Positions 29,143 through 36,667 of a stretch of DNA of 44,881 nucleotides are shown one piece after another. Source of the DNA: a phage. The DNA is taken from sequence record PV730301.1. One strand, written 5' to 3'. How positions within the stretch are numbered: the first letter of the stretch is position 1; the number at the start of each line of letters is the position of its first letter. The notes below the pieces were generated by a model. The model was given only the letters and a program-made list of their open reading frames with translations, had not been told where the DNA came from and made no database searches. Made by a program: the position numbers and the translations under genes.

Positions 29143-29511
29143 ACATAATCGCACCTATTGACATTATGAAAATCTTCGTTTAAGGTGCTTCTGTATCTTA
29201 GTTACTTTGATTCCTGTTCACCTTGTAAGAATGTTTAACCCGTGCGTCAAGCAAAGGGTTAAACACAGGCTTACTGAACATTCGAATTATCGTAACTTTC
29301 CTTCCTTAGTATCTCAGGTTGCCCTGGGCAAGCTCTATTCTCATCGGCAGCTTATCTCTTAAGTATCTGATTTTCTTAATGTGCCGTAGATTCGCAACCG
29401 TAAAAATGTAACGATTATTGGGCAGGCTTAAGGCCTGCCCTTTAGTTACCAAGTAATAAGAATAAAGGCACAACCATCCCTGAAAAATCACAACGGCAAC
29501 GTAACCATCTC

Positions 29512-29540
29512 TTGCACACCCCGACATAATAGGATACTAT
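29512..29540 (+). promoter_or_regulatory. sigma70-like promoter (TTGCAC-17-TACTAT) with the conserved element
   Basis: Hexamers read from the sequence; same architecture at 30871..30899. Confidence 0.5.
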
Positions 29541-29568
29541 TCACTTATCAAAACGAAACCGAGGAGCG

Positions 29569-29766
29569 ATGGTTATGTTTAAGAAGGGTCAATTGGCTAA
29601 AACTAAACGTGGAGGGCAATATGTATTAGTGTTGCAGGACTAGAACGAGTATGACCAGGATAATCTGGTTGACGTATGGGGTCTGGTAAGAAAGAAAACT
29701 GGGTTCGCCTTACGCGATAATTTAGAACTCATCGGCAACAATTTTAAATTCAAAGGGGTGAAGTGA
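29569..29766 (+). pseudogene. small ORF interrupted by an in-frame TAG at 29641 (amber allele, readthrough or sequencing error)
   Basis: GAGGAG RBS; 24 codons, TAG, then 40 more codons ending in TGATG coupling to the next gene. Confidence 0.35.
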
Positions 29767-29969
29767 TGGAAGAATTATTTGAAGAACTGAAACATCATAG
29801 ACTAGAGAAGGTGCATTTCCAGGTAAACAGATACGAGGTTGTTTTGCTAGACGGCCCGACTATTTCTTCCGGGACATGTGGGCTCTTGTTGAAAGTTTTA
29901 CGTGCGCTCCGAACGGCATCGAATCATGATGCTCGTGCCGACGACTCTGAGGGAGGTTGCCGTGAATAA
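29766..29969 (+). CDS. hypothetical protein
   Basis: AGGGGTGA RBS; ORF. Confidence 0.5.
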   Translation: MEELFEELKHHRLEKVHFQVNRYEVVLLDGPTISSGTCGLLLKVLRALRTASNHDARADDSEGGCRE

Positions 29970-30135
29970 TATTTTAATTGTGGGGGTTGGTATGAGAGAA
30001 GCATTTGAGCGGTGGGCCGTCGTCGAGGGTCTGCCGGTTAACAAGGGTTCAAAGAAAGAGTACCTGAACGTTAAGACGCGTCTCGCGTGGCGGGCGTGGA
30101 AAGCTGGTGTGCAAGCTGTGATGAATAAGGGGTGA
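29962..30135 (+). CDS. hypothetical protein (GTG start)
   Basis: GGGAGG RBS 5 nt before GTG 29962. Confidence 0.4.
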   Translation: MNNILIVGVGMREAFERWAVVEGLPVNKGSKKEYLNVKTRLAWRAWKAGVQAVMNKG

Positions 30136-30138
30136 GAT

Positions 30139-30444
30139 ATGAGCGAAGAACTTAAAGCATTTTATAAAGCCTACGCTGCGTGGCTCGATGCTGGTGCGGT
30201 TAACAATGGCGTATTCACATGTTGCACCGGACTATGCTTCGCATTACATAAATGGGCAGGCGATAAAGGTTACAACCTCCGCGCTCTGCGCCTGGAGTTG
30301 AAAGCACAGTTTACCAACGCCGGGTTAGATTCGGGCTACCCGTTTAACCACGGCGAACGCAACTATGACGTTGAGTGCGACGATGAAACAATCCACCTAA
30401 ATCCGGCGCGCATCGCCTGGGTACGTAAACACGCGACTGATTGA
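30139..30444 (+). CDS. hypothetical protein
   Basis: AAGGGGTGAG RBS; ORF. Confidence 0.5.
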   Translation: MSEELKAFYKAYAAWLDAGAVNNGVFTCCTGLCFALHKWAGDKGYNLRALRLELKAQFTNAGLDSGYPFNHGERNYDVECDDETIHLNPARIAWVRKHATD

Positions 30445-30521
30445 TATGTGTAACCAGACGACAGCCCTGCTGCTATTCTGAGCCTGGTAAAGTATTAACT
30501 TAGTAATAGAGGACTTGATAA

Positions 30522-30722
30522 ATGAGCGAGTGGGTTAAGTGCCGCGACAGGATGCCGGAATGTTTTACGGATGTGCTGGTTTCTGACGGTTCCTATGTAG
30601 AAGTTATGACGCTGCTTGGCGACGGCACCTGGCTTGCGCTGCTGGGGGATTGGGCTACATGTGTTTCTGTTGACAGGATAACTCACTGGATGCCGTTACC
30701 CGAGCTGCCACCCCCGGTATAA
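30522..30722 (+). CDS. DUF551-like protein
   Basis: W..C.D..P....VLV.DG......HWMPLPELPPP pattern typical of DUF551; AGAGGA RBS. Confidence 0.55.
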   Translation: MSEWVKCRDRMPECFTDVLVSDGSYVEVMTLLGDGTWLALLGDWATCVSVDRITHWMPLPELPPPV

Positions 30723-30755
30723 CAGGTCAATAGGTTACTATTTGGCTTTGTGTCT

Positions 30756-30790
30756 TACGCTGCTACACAGCAGCGTATCATTTTTCTCAT
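30756..30790 (+). terminator. rho-independent terminator
   Basis: 9-bp stem TACGCTGCT/AGCAGCGTA followed by a T-rich tract. Confidence 0.6.
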
Positions 30791-30870
30791 TTTTGTTCTA
30801 TTTCACCAAACGCAACAATCGAAGCGACTATTGCAGGAGATGAAACAATACAAACACCAATAAAATTTAC

Positions 30871-30899
30871 TTGCACACCTGGATATAATAGCCTACTAT
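30871..30899 (+). promoter_or_regulatory. sigma70-like promoter (TTGCAC-17-TACTAT) with the conserved element
   Basis: Hexamers read from the sequence. Confidence 0.5.
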
Positions 30900-30930
30900 T
30901 CATTTACACAAACGAGAGGAGAGACAGAAG

Positions 30931-31080
30931 ATGGTTACTTTGATGGTTATGGAGTTTGAAAACAGCGCAGCAACTTATCGCGAGATGACTATGGCGCAGG
31001 CGTATCACCTGGCTTCAAACGGCAACTTCTACAAGGCTCAAATCATCAATGAGTTCGGGGTAATTGACTATGAATTTTAG
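30931..31080 (+). CDS. hypothetical small protein (49 aa)
   Basis: GAGAGGAGAGA RBS; below the ORF-track length cutoff. Confidence 0.4.
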   Translation: MVTLMVMEFENSAATYREMTMAQAYHLASNGNFYKAQIINEFGVIDYEF

Positions 31081-31342
31081 CAGCTACACCGTTACCGTTG
31101 ATTTTGAGGGGCTGGAATTGCCCCTCCCAAACAACTATCGGTATATAACCCGTGACCGTTTCGGTTTTATTCAGGGGTGGCGGAACAAACCGACAGACAC
31201 TGAGTTCGGAATGTCAGGCGGAGAAGAGTTGCCGATCACTTTCGGGCATCAGAGTAGCAGCGAAGAGCTTAAAACTGTGATTCGTAAGTATCGCCGCCGC
31301 GGTAACACCGGGCTTATAGCGATAACAGGTGCTGTTGAATAA
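31070..31342 (+). CDS. hypothetical protein
   Basis: ORF; start at ATG 31070. Confidence 0.45.
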   Translation: MNFSSYTVTVDFEGLELPLPNNYRYITRDRFGFIQGWRNKPTDTEFGMSGGEELPITFGHQSSSEELKTVIRKYRRRGNTGLIAITGAVE

Positions 31343-31361
31343 ACGAGAGGAGAGAAGGAAG

Positions 31362-31580
31362 ATGTTCCTGGAATGTAAATCCTACGATGGCTATTGGGCG
31401 CTGACTAAAAACGACCTGTACCACCTCAAAGAAGACGGCGATGAGAGCCGCTGCTACATAATAGACGACAACGGCACTGAACTTGATGTCTATTACACTG
31501 GCTACGGCCAATGGGCGCTATCCGCGGACGATGACTTTGTGTTTGAAGAATATAACGGGGAGGAGCCAGAAGATGAGTAG
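31362..31580 (+). CDS. hypothetical acidic protein
   Basis: GAGAGGAGAGAAGGAAG RBS nearly identical to that at 30911. Confidence 0.5.
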   Translation: MFLECKSYDGYWALTKNDLYHLKEDGDESRCYIIDDNGTELDVYYTGYGQWALSADDDFVFEEYNGEEPEDE

Positions 31581-32082
31581 CAAAAACGAAGTATTCGAGT
31601 ACCTGATTGACCAGTTACGGAAGCAGGTAAATAACAACCCGTACAAGCAGCAGTGCGAAGACCTGGCGCACGAGGTGCAGTCACTTAAGAATCAGTTACG
31701 TGACGCGTCGGCGCTGGTGGCTGAGTTACAAGAGACGATAAAACTAATGAACGAGGACTTTAACCGCGTCACAAACCGCGGCGGCCCGCTGCCGAAAGGG
31801 GTGAGCTACGTAGTGGGTGAGCACGGGCCTGAGCAATCCGGTTGCCGTAAAGAGGGCGCACAGGAGTGCGAGCACTCATGGATTATTATGCCTGGGTTGT
31901 TTCTCAGTGAAGGCAATCCGGACAACGTTCCCGGTAGCGAGCTTTGTTCTAAATGCGGTAAACGTGAGTGGGACGACGAGGAATATAAACCGAAAAATGA
32001 TACATCGGAATGCGAGCACGAATGGCAATTTTACGGAGTCGGGTTTCCATGTATGTACCTTAAATGCGGGCTAAAGAAATGA
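31573..32082 (+). CDS. coiled-coil protein with C-terminal Cys-rich zinc-ribbon-like region
   Basis: GGGGAGGAG RBS; CEHSW...CSKCGK...CEHEW...CMYLKCG cysteine pairs. Confidence 0.5.
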   Translation: MSSKNEVFEYLIDQLRKQVNNNPYKQQCEDLAHEVQSLKNQLRDASALVAELQETIKLMNEDFNRVTNRGGPLPKGVSYVVGEHGPEQSGCRKEGAQECEHSWIIMPGLFLSEGNPDNVPGSELCSKCGKREWDDEEYKPKNDTSECEHEWQFYGVGFPCMYLKCGLKK

Positions 32083-32282
32083 CCAGCATCTTATTTATCT
32101 GGGTGTTGTACGCAGGCCAGATGCACCTGACGGCATCAGAAACGTTTTACTCGATGGAGGCGTGCCAGTCAGCGGCACGCGCCGCAGAGAACGCACACTT
32201 CCTGTTTCAGGGTGACAAGCCAAACGATTCAGAGGTGCGCGCTATCTGCTCACCCAAGCGACTTGGTAAACAGGAGAAGTGA
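32079..32282 (+). CDS. hypothetical protein with hydrophobic N-terminus
   Basis: ATGA coupling; ORF. Confidence 0.4.
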   Translation: MTSILFIWVLYAGQMHLTASETFYSMEACQSAARAAENAHFLFQGDKPNDSEVRAICSPKRLGKQEK

Positions 32283-32284
32283 TT

Positions 32285-32557
32285 ATGGTACAGAGATACG
32301 ATTTAAAAGAAGACTGTGTTACGGGGCATATTGACTTAGAGAAAGACGCAGACGGTGACTGGGTGCGTTATGGAGACTACAAGGAACTGGACAACAGTTT
32401 CCAGGACTACATAACAACTACGGACATGGAAATAGAAGGGCTTGTGGTAAGATTGGCAGAAGTAAACGCTGAGTTACAGAAATACAAAGACCAGTTCCCT
32501 GATTACGTCGAGTGCGCGAACTGTGGGTCAATTACACATGTGGAAGGGGTGGAGTGA
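32285..32557 (+). CDS. hypothetical protein, paralog of the next gene
   Basis: AGGAG RBS; begins MVQRYDL like 32557..32751. Confidence 0.5.
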   Translation: MVQRYDLKEDCVTGHIDLEKDADGDWVRYGDYKELDNSFQDYITTTDMEIEGLVVRLAEVNAELQKYKDQFPDYVECANCGSITHVEGVE

Positions 32558-32751
32558 TGGTGCAAAGATATGAATTAGAGCTTTATCATTGCAATGGCGG
32601 AGAGATGGAGCCGTGTGATGAAGGTGGTTACGTAGAGTACGAAGATTACGCGGAGCTGGAGCGAAAACTGTGTAACTTCGCCGCCCAGGTACTGTACTCA
32701 CCTTGTTCGAAAGTTACCGAAGAAATGGCCTGCGAGATTCTCGGTATATGA
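32557..32751 (+). CDS. hypothetical protein, paralog of the previous gene
   Basis: TGATG coupling; begins MVQRYEL; shares the (D/G)(W/Y)V(R/E)Y(G/E)DY(K/A)EL(D/E) motif. Confidence 0.5.
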   Translation: MVQRYELELYHCNGGEMEPCDEGGYVEYEDYAELERKLCNFAAQVLYSPCSKVTEEMACEILGI

Positions 32752-33041
32752 GCCTCGCAACTGACATCCTGAAACGAAGCGGCATTGCGCCGCTGTCACC
32801 GAGAGCTAAAACACAGATATACAAGCGCCGCCGTAACGCGCTGTACCCGGAGATTCAGGCCAGACGCAAAGCGGTCCGCGCCTGTGGGTTCCAGAACGGG
32901 AGGGCGGTGAATCTCGGTGAGTTCAAGACAAAGGAACGCGCCGCTATCGCTAATCGGTTATTTAATTACTGGAAATCGCTGGGATACGATGATATTCCGA
33001 CGAAACCACAGAGACGACAATACATCTGGAGACATAAATGA
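32748..33041 (+). CDS. hypothetical basic protein
   Basis: ATGA coupling on both sides; Arg/Lys-rich. Confidence 0.45.
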   Translation: MSLATDILKRSGIAPLSPRAKTQIYKRRRNALYPEIQARRKAVRACGFQNGRAVNLGEFKTKERAAIANRLFNYWKSLGYDDIPTKPQRRQYIWRHK

Positions 33042-33478
33042 CTACTATCGCGTTCGACGGAAAGACAATGGCCTGTGATACCCGTGTTGTGTGCGGAAGT
33101 AACTGCTACAACACAGACATAAAGATATACGAGAATGATACTTATGTTATAGGGGTAGCGGGTGACGCTGGAGTTGGCACTATGCTTATCGATTGTCCGG
33201 GTATTCTTCGACCACAGCCCTACGACTTCGATTTCGAGGCCCTGGTGTTCGTGAAAGACACAGAAAAGGTGTATAAAGTCGCGTTTTATAAATCATGGGA
33301 TTGTGCACTTAGTTCGGTTATTCCAATTGCGGATAGCTTCGCCGCCGTGGGGTCTGGCTCGCCCTATGCGTTAGCCGCTATGGAATGCGGGTATTCGGCG
33401 CATGGTGGTGTAGCTGTTGCCTCGAAGTTCGACACTAACACCGGCGGCAAGATTATTACCAAACAACTATTAGGATAA
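33038..33478 (+). CDS. HslV/proteasome beta-like Ntn-hydrolase peptidase
   Basis: N-terminal MTTI (Thr nucleophile after Met removal), VIGVAGDAGVGTML and AAVGSGSPYALAA resemble HslV motifs. Confidence 0.65.
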   Translation: MTTIAFDGKTMACDTRVVCGSNCYNTDIKIYENDTYVIGVAGDAGVGTMLIDCPGILRPQPYDFDFEALVFVKDTEKVYKVAFYKSWDCALSSVIPIADSFAAVGSGSPYALAAMECGYSAHGGVAVASKFDTNTGGKIITKQLLG

Positions 33479-33537
33479 TTCCTACCCGTGGTATCCTCCA
33501 GTTACTGCATACTTAATACGCACCTGGAGGATTCATC

Positions 33538-33846
33538 TTGGATAAATTTACTGAAACAGTGACAGGGTGGCTTCTCGCCGCCGCACTAGCCGGAGGGGTC
33601 ATCGGGCTACGACAACATAAGTCCGTTATTTCTGGCCCCATCGACGGGTTCTGCTTTATTGCAACTGGCTTCACCTGCGCCGTATTTGGCGCACCTCTCG
33701 CAGCTCAATGGTTCGGCATTACCGGCGAACGCGAAATAGCTGGCCTCGGATTTATCATCGCTGTTCTCTGGATGCCTATCTATTCCCGCCTTTCTGGCAT
33801 CGTCGCCGGAGAATACATCGCACGTCGAGGAGGCCCGGATGAATGA
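33538..33846 (+). CDS. holin (three predicted TM helices), TTG start
   Basis: Hydrophobic segments; position before the endolysin; GGAGGA 6 nt before the only available start (TTG). Confidence 0.55.
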   Translation: MDKFTETVTGWLLAAALAGGVIGLRQHKSVISGPIDGFCFIATGFTCAVFGAPLAAQWFGITGEREIAGLGFIIAVLWMPIYSRLSGIVAGEYIARRGGPDE

Positions 33847-34111
33847 GTTATTCTGGTTCGGCGGTATGCTGGCAATCGGAGGCACATCGCTGTTTAACGT
33901 GTATCATCCCAGCGTTGACGACGGATTATTTGGCCGTGTGCTCTATATCCTGACCGCTATTGTCTGCGCCGCCGGGTGTATCCACCTGTTACAGGGCAGC
34001 ATGTCACCAACGCTGCCCGAGACCTTAATTACATTAGTTGCGCTGCGCCAGATTCGCCAGGCGTGGCTGTCATACGGAGGACATAAGCGTGTCTCGAAAT
34101 ATTTCAGATAA
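33839..34111 (+). CDS. holin/antiholin-like membrane protein
   Basis: Two hydrophobic segments; ATGA coupling; lies between holin and endolysin. Confidence 0.45.
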   Translation: MNELFWFGGMLAIGGTSLFNVYHPSVDDGLFGRVLYILTAIVCAAGCIHLLQGSMSPTLPETLITLVALRQIRQAWLSYGGHKRVSKYFR

Positions 34112-34577
34112 TGGGTTGCATTTCACTGCCGCGTTCGAGGGGTTCCGCGGAACTGCGTATCGCGCTACACCGAATGAGAAGTACCTGACTATTGGGTATG
34201 GAAGCTATGGCCCGCATGTTAAGGCTGGACAGACCATCACGCCGGGGCAAGGCCTCCTGTTACTTAACCGTGATATGGCTAAGGCCGTGGCTGCGGTTGA
34301 TGCAGCGGCGCACCATTCACTGACACAGGCGCAGTTCGATGCCGTGTGCGACCTGGTCTACAACGCCGGTGCAGGCGTGATTGCCGCTACTACAGGCACA
34401 GGTAAGGCGCTGCGCTCAGGTGATACCGTGACGCTGCGGGCCAAGCTGGCACTGTTCATCAACCAGAACGGCAAACCGTTACTTGGCCTGCGTCGCCGTA
34501 CTGCGGGTCGTCTTGCACTGTTCGACGGTAAACCGTGGCAGGAGGCGGAGGCTATCGGGCGCGCGGTGAAAGGTTGA
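34089..34577 (+). CDS. endolysin, GH24 lysozyme (P22 gp19-like)
   Basis: FEGFRGTAYRATPNEKYLTIGYG and QFDAVCDLVYNAG match the phage lysozyme pattern; GTG start with GGAGGA RBS. Confidence 0.8.
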   Translation: MSRNISDNGLHFTAAFEGFRGTAYRATPNEKYLTIGYGSYGPHVKAGQTITPGQGLLLLNRDMAKAVAAVDAAAHHSLTQAQFDAVCDLVYNAGAGVIAATTGTGKALRSGDTVTLRAKLALFINQNGKPLLGLRRRTAGRLALFDGKPWQEAEAIGRAVKG

Positions 34578-34644
34578 CACCTGAGACTAATCCGACGATA
34601 CTTAAATCACCTCCTGTTCCATCCCTCTGCTCTCCAGTTTTATC

Positions 34645-34675
34645 CCGGCCCTGACCCAGCCGGGATTTTTTTTTT
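34645..34675 (+). terminator. rho-independent terminator after the lysis genes
   Basis: CCCGGC-loop-GCCGGG hairpin followed by a run of about 10 T. Confidence 0.75.
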
Positions 34676-34697
34676 ATCTATTTTCTGTTATGACTAG

Positions 34698-34726
34698 TTG
34701 ACTATTACATTCGACCCTACTATATT
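34698..34726 (+). promoter_or_regulatory. sigma70-like promoter (TTGACT-17-TATATT)
   Basis: Hexamers and spacing read from the sequence; upstream of 34761. Confidence 0.5.
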
Positions 34727-34760
34727 TACTCCATCGACAACGAGAACGGAGTAGAGAGAA

Positions 34761-35009
34761 ATGAATAACGTACCGACAATCGCAATAACCGCGGAACTTG
34801 AAGCTAGATGCATCGCATGGGCTATGGATAACGACCCGGTTGCTATGCGTAAATTTCCAATGAAAATCACAGATACCGAAGCATTCAAAGACGCACAACT
34901 GATGGCACGCATCGCCGTTAGTAACCTGAGCCGCAATATACCGGCGGATGCGTTCTGGTTCGCTGCGATGCAGACACTGAAAGCAGCTTATGCAGGAGAG
35001 AAGAAATGA
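34761..35009 (+). CDS. hypothetical protein
   Basis: GGAGTAGAGAGA RBS; ORF. Confidence 0.5.
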   Translation: MNNVPTIAITAELEARCIAWAMDNDPVAMRKFPMKITDTEAFKDAQLMARIAVSNLSRNIPADAFWFAAMQTLKAAYAGEKK

Positions 35010-35203
35010 AAGTTAAAGCCGCTAAAATTCTCTGGTTAGCCGCCCTTGACTATGTGACAGAGGGTAAAGTGTATGATGTATACAACCCGACAGCTACTGG
35101 TTTCGGTTATATAGTCTCCGACGACGACTGCGATATTTTCATAGACTTTGGTAACGATGATGGCGATGGTTTCCACGGCGTTAAATGGGAGGTTGTAGAA
35201 TGA
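35006..35203 (+). CDS. hypothetical acidic protein
   Basis: ATGA coupling; ORF. Confidence 0.5.
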   Translation: MKVKAAKILWLAALDYVTEGKVYDVYNPTATGFGYIVSDDDCDIFIDFGNDDGDGFHGVKWEVVE

Positions 35204-35358
35204 GTGAACAAGGCCCGGTAAGTCAGCCATTACGAGTAGGACGTAAAGTCAATCACACCCCGTTCCCGACACGCGAGGAACTGTTGAAACGTAACAGTTT
35301 CCCGGGGCCGGACAAGAACAAGTATCTCAATCGCATGTGGGGAGAGCGTAAAGAATGA
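35200..35358 (+). CDS. hypothetical small protein (52 aa)
   Basis: ATGA coupling at both ends; below the track cutoff. Confidence 0.35.
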   Translation: MSEQGPVSQPLRVGRKVNHTPFPTREELLKRNSFPGPDKNKYLNRMWGERKE

Positions 35359-35540
35359 CTGACCGTGAATACGAAAAGATGATGGTGGAGGCTGTTAACA
35401 GCGGCGTAGACATTAGCCACGTTATGCACGTCCTGAACACTAAAATCGCGGTGGCCGAGCAAATGGTAGAGTCACTTTACGAGACGCGCCGTGAACTTAT
35501 TAACCGCTTCAACCTGAACAAAGGTGACGCCAATGCCTAA
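35355..35540 (+). CDS. hypothetical protein
   Basis: ORF with coupled start. Confidence 0.5.
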   Translation: MTDREYEKMMVEAVNSGVDISHVMHVLNTKIAVAEQMVESLYETRRELINRFNLNKGDANA

Positions 35541-35772
35541 AATAACAATCGCATCACTCGAGCGCCGTATTCTGGTGCTTGAGTCGGAAAAACAGACGTT
35601 AGGCGGGCAACTGTCAATTAACGGCGAGTTTCAACTGGAGGCGTTTAAGCTGCTTCTTGATAGGTTAAAAGCGGACGAAAAGCCTTGCGTGCATGATTAC
35701 TACCTACATGTGGTGGGCGGGCTACATCGCGCCACGTGCATTAAATGCGGTGAAGCGTATGGGGTCGCCTGA
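35533..35772 (+). CDS. hypothetical protein with C-terminal CxxC...CxxC
   Basis: AGGTGA RBS; start at ATG 35533. Confidence 0.45.
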   Translation: MPKITIASLERRILVLESEKQTLGGQLSINGEFQLEAFKLLLDRLKADEKPCVHDYYLHVVGGLHRATCIKCGEAYGVA

Positions 35773-35941
35773 ACCTGTAATTATTGATGGCGTCCTGTGG
35801 AAACCTTACTCGGTTAACCACATCGACGCCGACGGGAAGAAGTTTAGCTTCTACATTTTTGCAATTAGCCGTGAGCACGCCGCCTGTGTGGTCGATGATA
35901 TACGAGAAACGGCGTGGTTAGGCGATGAGATAGTGGGGTAA
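35759..35941 (+). CDS. hypothetical protein
   Basis: ORF; start uncertain. Confidence 0.35.
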   Translation: MGSPEPVIIDGVLWKPYSVNHIDADGKKFSFYIFAISREHAACVVDDIRETAWLGDEIVG

Positions 35942-35945
35942 GAGT

Positions 35946-36029
35946 ATGAGCCTCGAGGTAGTTATCGGTCTGGTTGGTCTTAGTTACTTCATTGGGCTTC
36001 TGGTTGGGTTTCTGTGGGGTAGATACTAA
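35946..36029 (+). CDS. possible tiny hydrophobic peptide (27 aa)
   Basis: Single TM-like ORF; TAATG coupling to the next gene. Confidence 0.25.
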   Translation: MSLEVVIGLVGLSYFIGLLVGFLWGRY

Positions 36030-36310
36030 TGGCGCGCACCGTTGCATCTAGATTCACCGATATTGAATCCGCTATAGAAGAAGCCGTTTATTGTAGATTT
36101 TGCAACCCCTCCGCGGTACATAACTACGGAGTTATTGTTAAATATGGCAAGTTTGAGGTTAGAAGGGTGCGCGCCGACCGTCCGTACGAGTTTTTATGGA
36201 CAACAGAAAGCCTCATCCCGCGGTGCCACATTTACACAAGCGGTGCACATACGATTTTTGTAGACCTTAACAAGAAAGATATTACCGTCACTAAAGGAGC
36301 GACAAATTGA
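36029..36310 (+). CDS. hypothetical protein
   Basis: ORF. Confidence 0.5.
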   Translation: MARTVASRFTDIESAIEEAVYCRFCNPSAVHNYGVIVKYGKFEVRRVRADRPYEFLWTTESLIPRCHIYTSGAHTIFVDLNKKDITVTKGATN

Positions 36311-36543
36311 TTACCAGCATCCCTAAACTGATTGAAGAGTACGGAAATATGTCGGAGACTTGCCGACAAACCGGTATCTGCGAGATGACGATTGCCAAGT
36401 ACAGCAAAGACGTGAACTGCGAGCGTCACGTAATTTATAACAATCGTCTTATGACGCACGTTAAGACTAGCCCGGTGTTATTCACACGCCGCGGTATCAC
36501 TAAAACAGAGCAACGCATTGCTAAAAAGGAGAGTGGGGAATGA
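36307..36543 (+). CDS. hypothetical protein
   Basis: ORF; start codon uncertain (TTG or internal ATG). Confidence 0.4.
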   Translation: MITSIPKLIEEYGNMSETCRQTGICEMTIAKYSKDVNCERHVIYNNRLMTHVKTSPVLFTRRGITKTEQRIAKKESGE

Positions 36544-36641
36544 GATTGCTAATCATCCCCAACGCCTGGGCTATCGCCGTAGCTAATGACCATTACGGCG
36601 GCGACGGTAAAAGAGCGCCACGACACGGCCTATACAACTGA
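36540..36641 (+). CDS. possible small ORF (33 aa)
   Basis: ATGA coupling; ends just before a terminator. Confidence 0.25.
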   Translation: MRLLIIPNAWAIAVANDHYGGDGKRAPRHGLYN

Positions 36642-36645
36642 TACA

Positions 36646-36667
36646 AGCCCTCTACGGAGGGCTTTTC
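36646..36667 (+). terminator. rho-independent terminator ending the early/middle plus operon
   Basis: AGCCCTC-TACG-GAGGGCT hairpin followed by TTTT. Confidence 0.65.

Noticed and set aside
29306-29527. 73-aa minus-strand ORF in the 29.1-29.6 kb intergenic region
   Set aside because: Its ATG lies inside the conserved promoter element, it has no Shine-Dalgarno sequence, and it spans a strong hairpin; the region is treated as non-coding regulatory DNA
22206-34038. TTG/GTG start codons proposed by the six-frame track for several genes (for example 22208, 28663, 29114, 34038)
   Set aside because: Internal ATG or GTG codons with proper Shine-Dalgarno spacing or ATGA coupling give more plausible starts; the holin at 33538 is the exception where TTG is the only possible start
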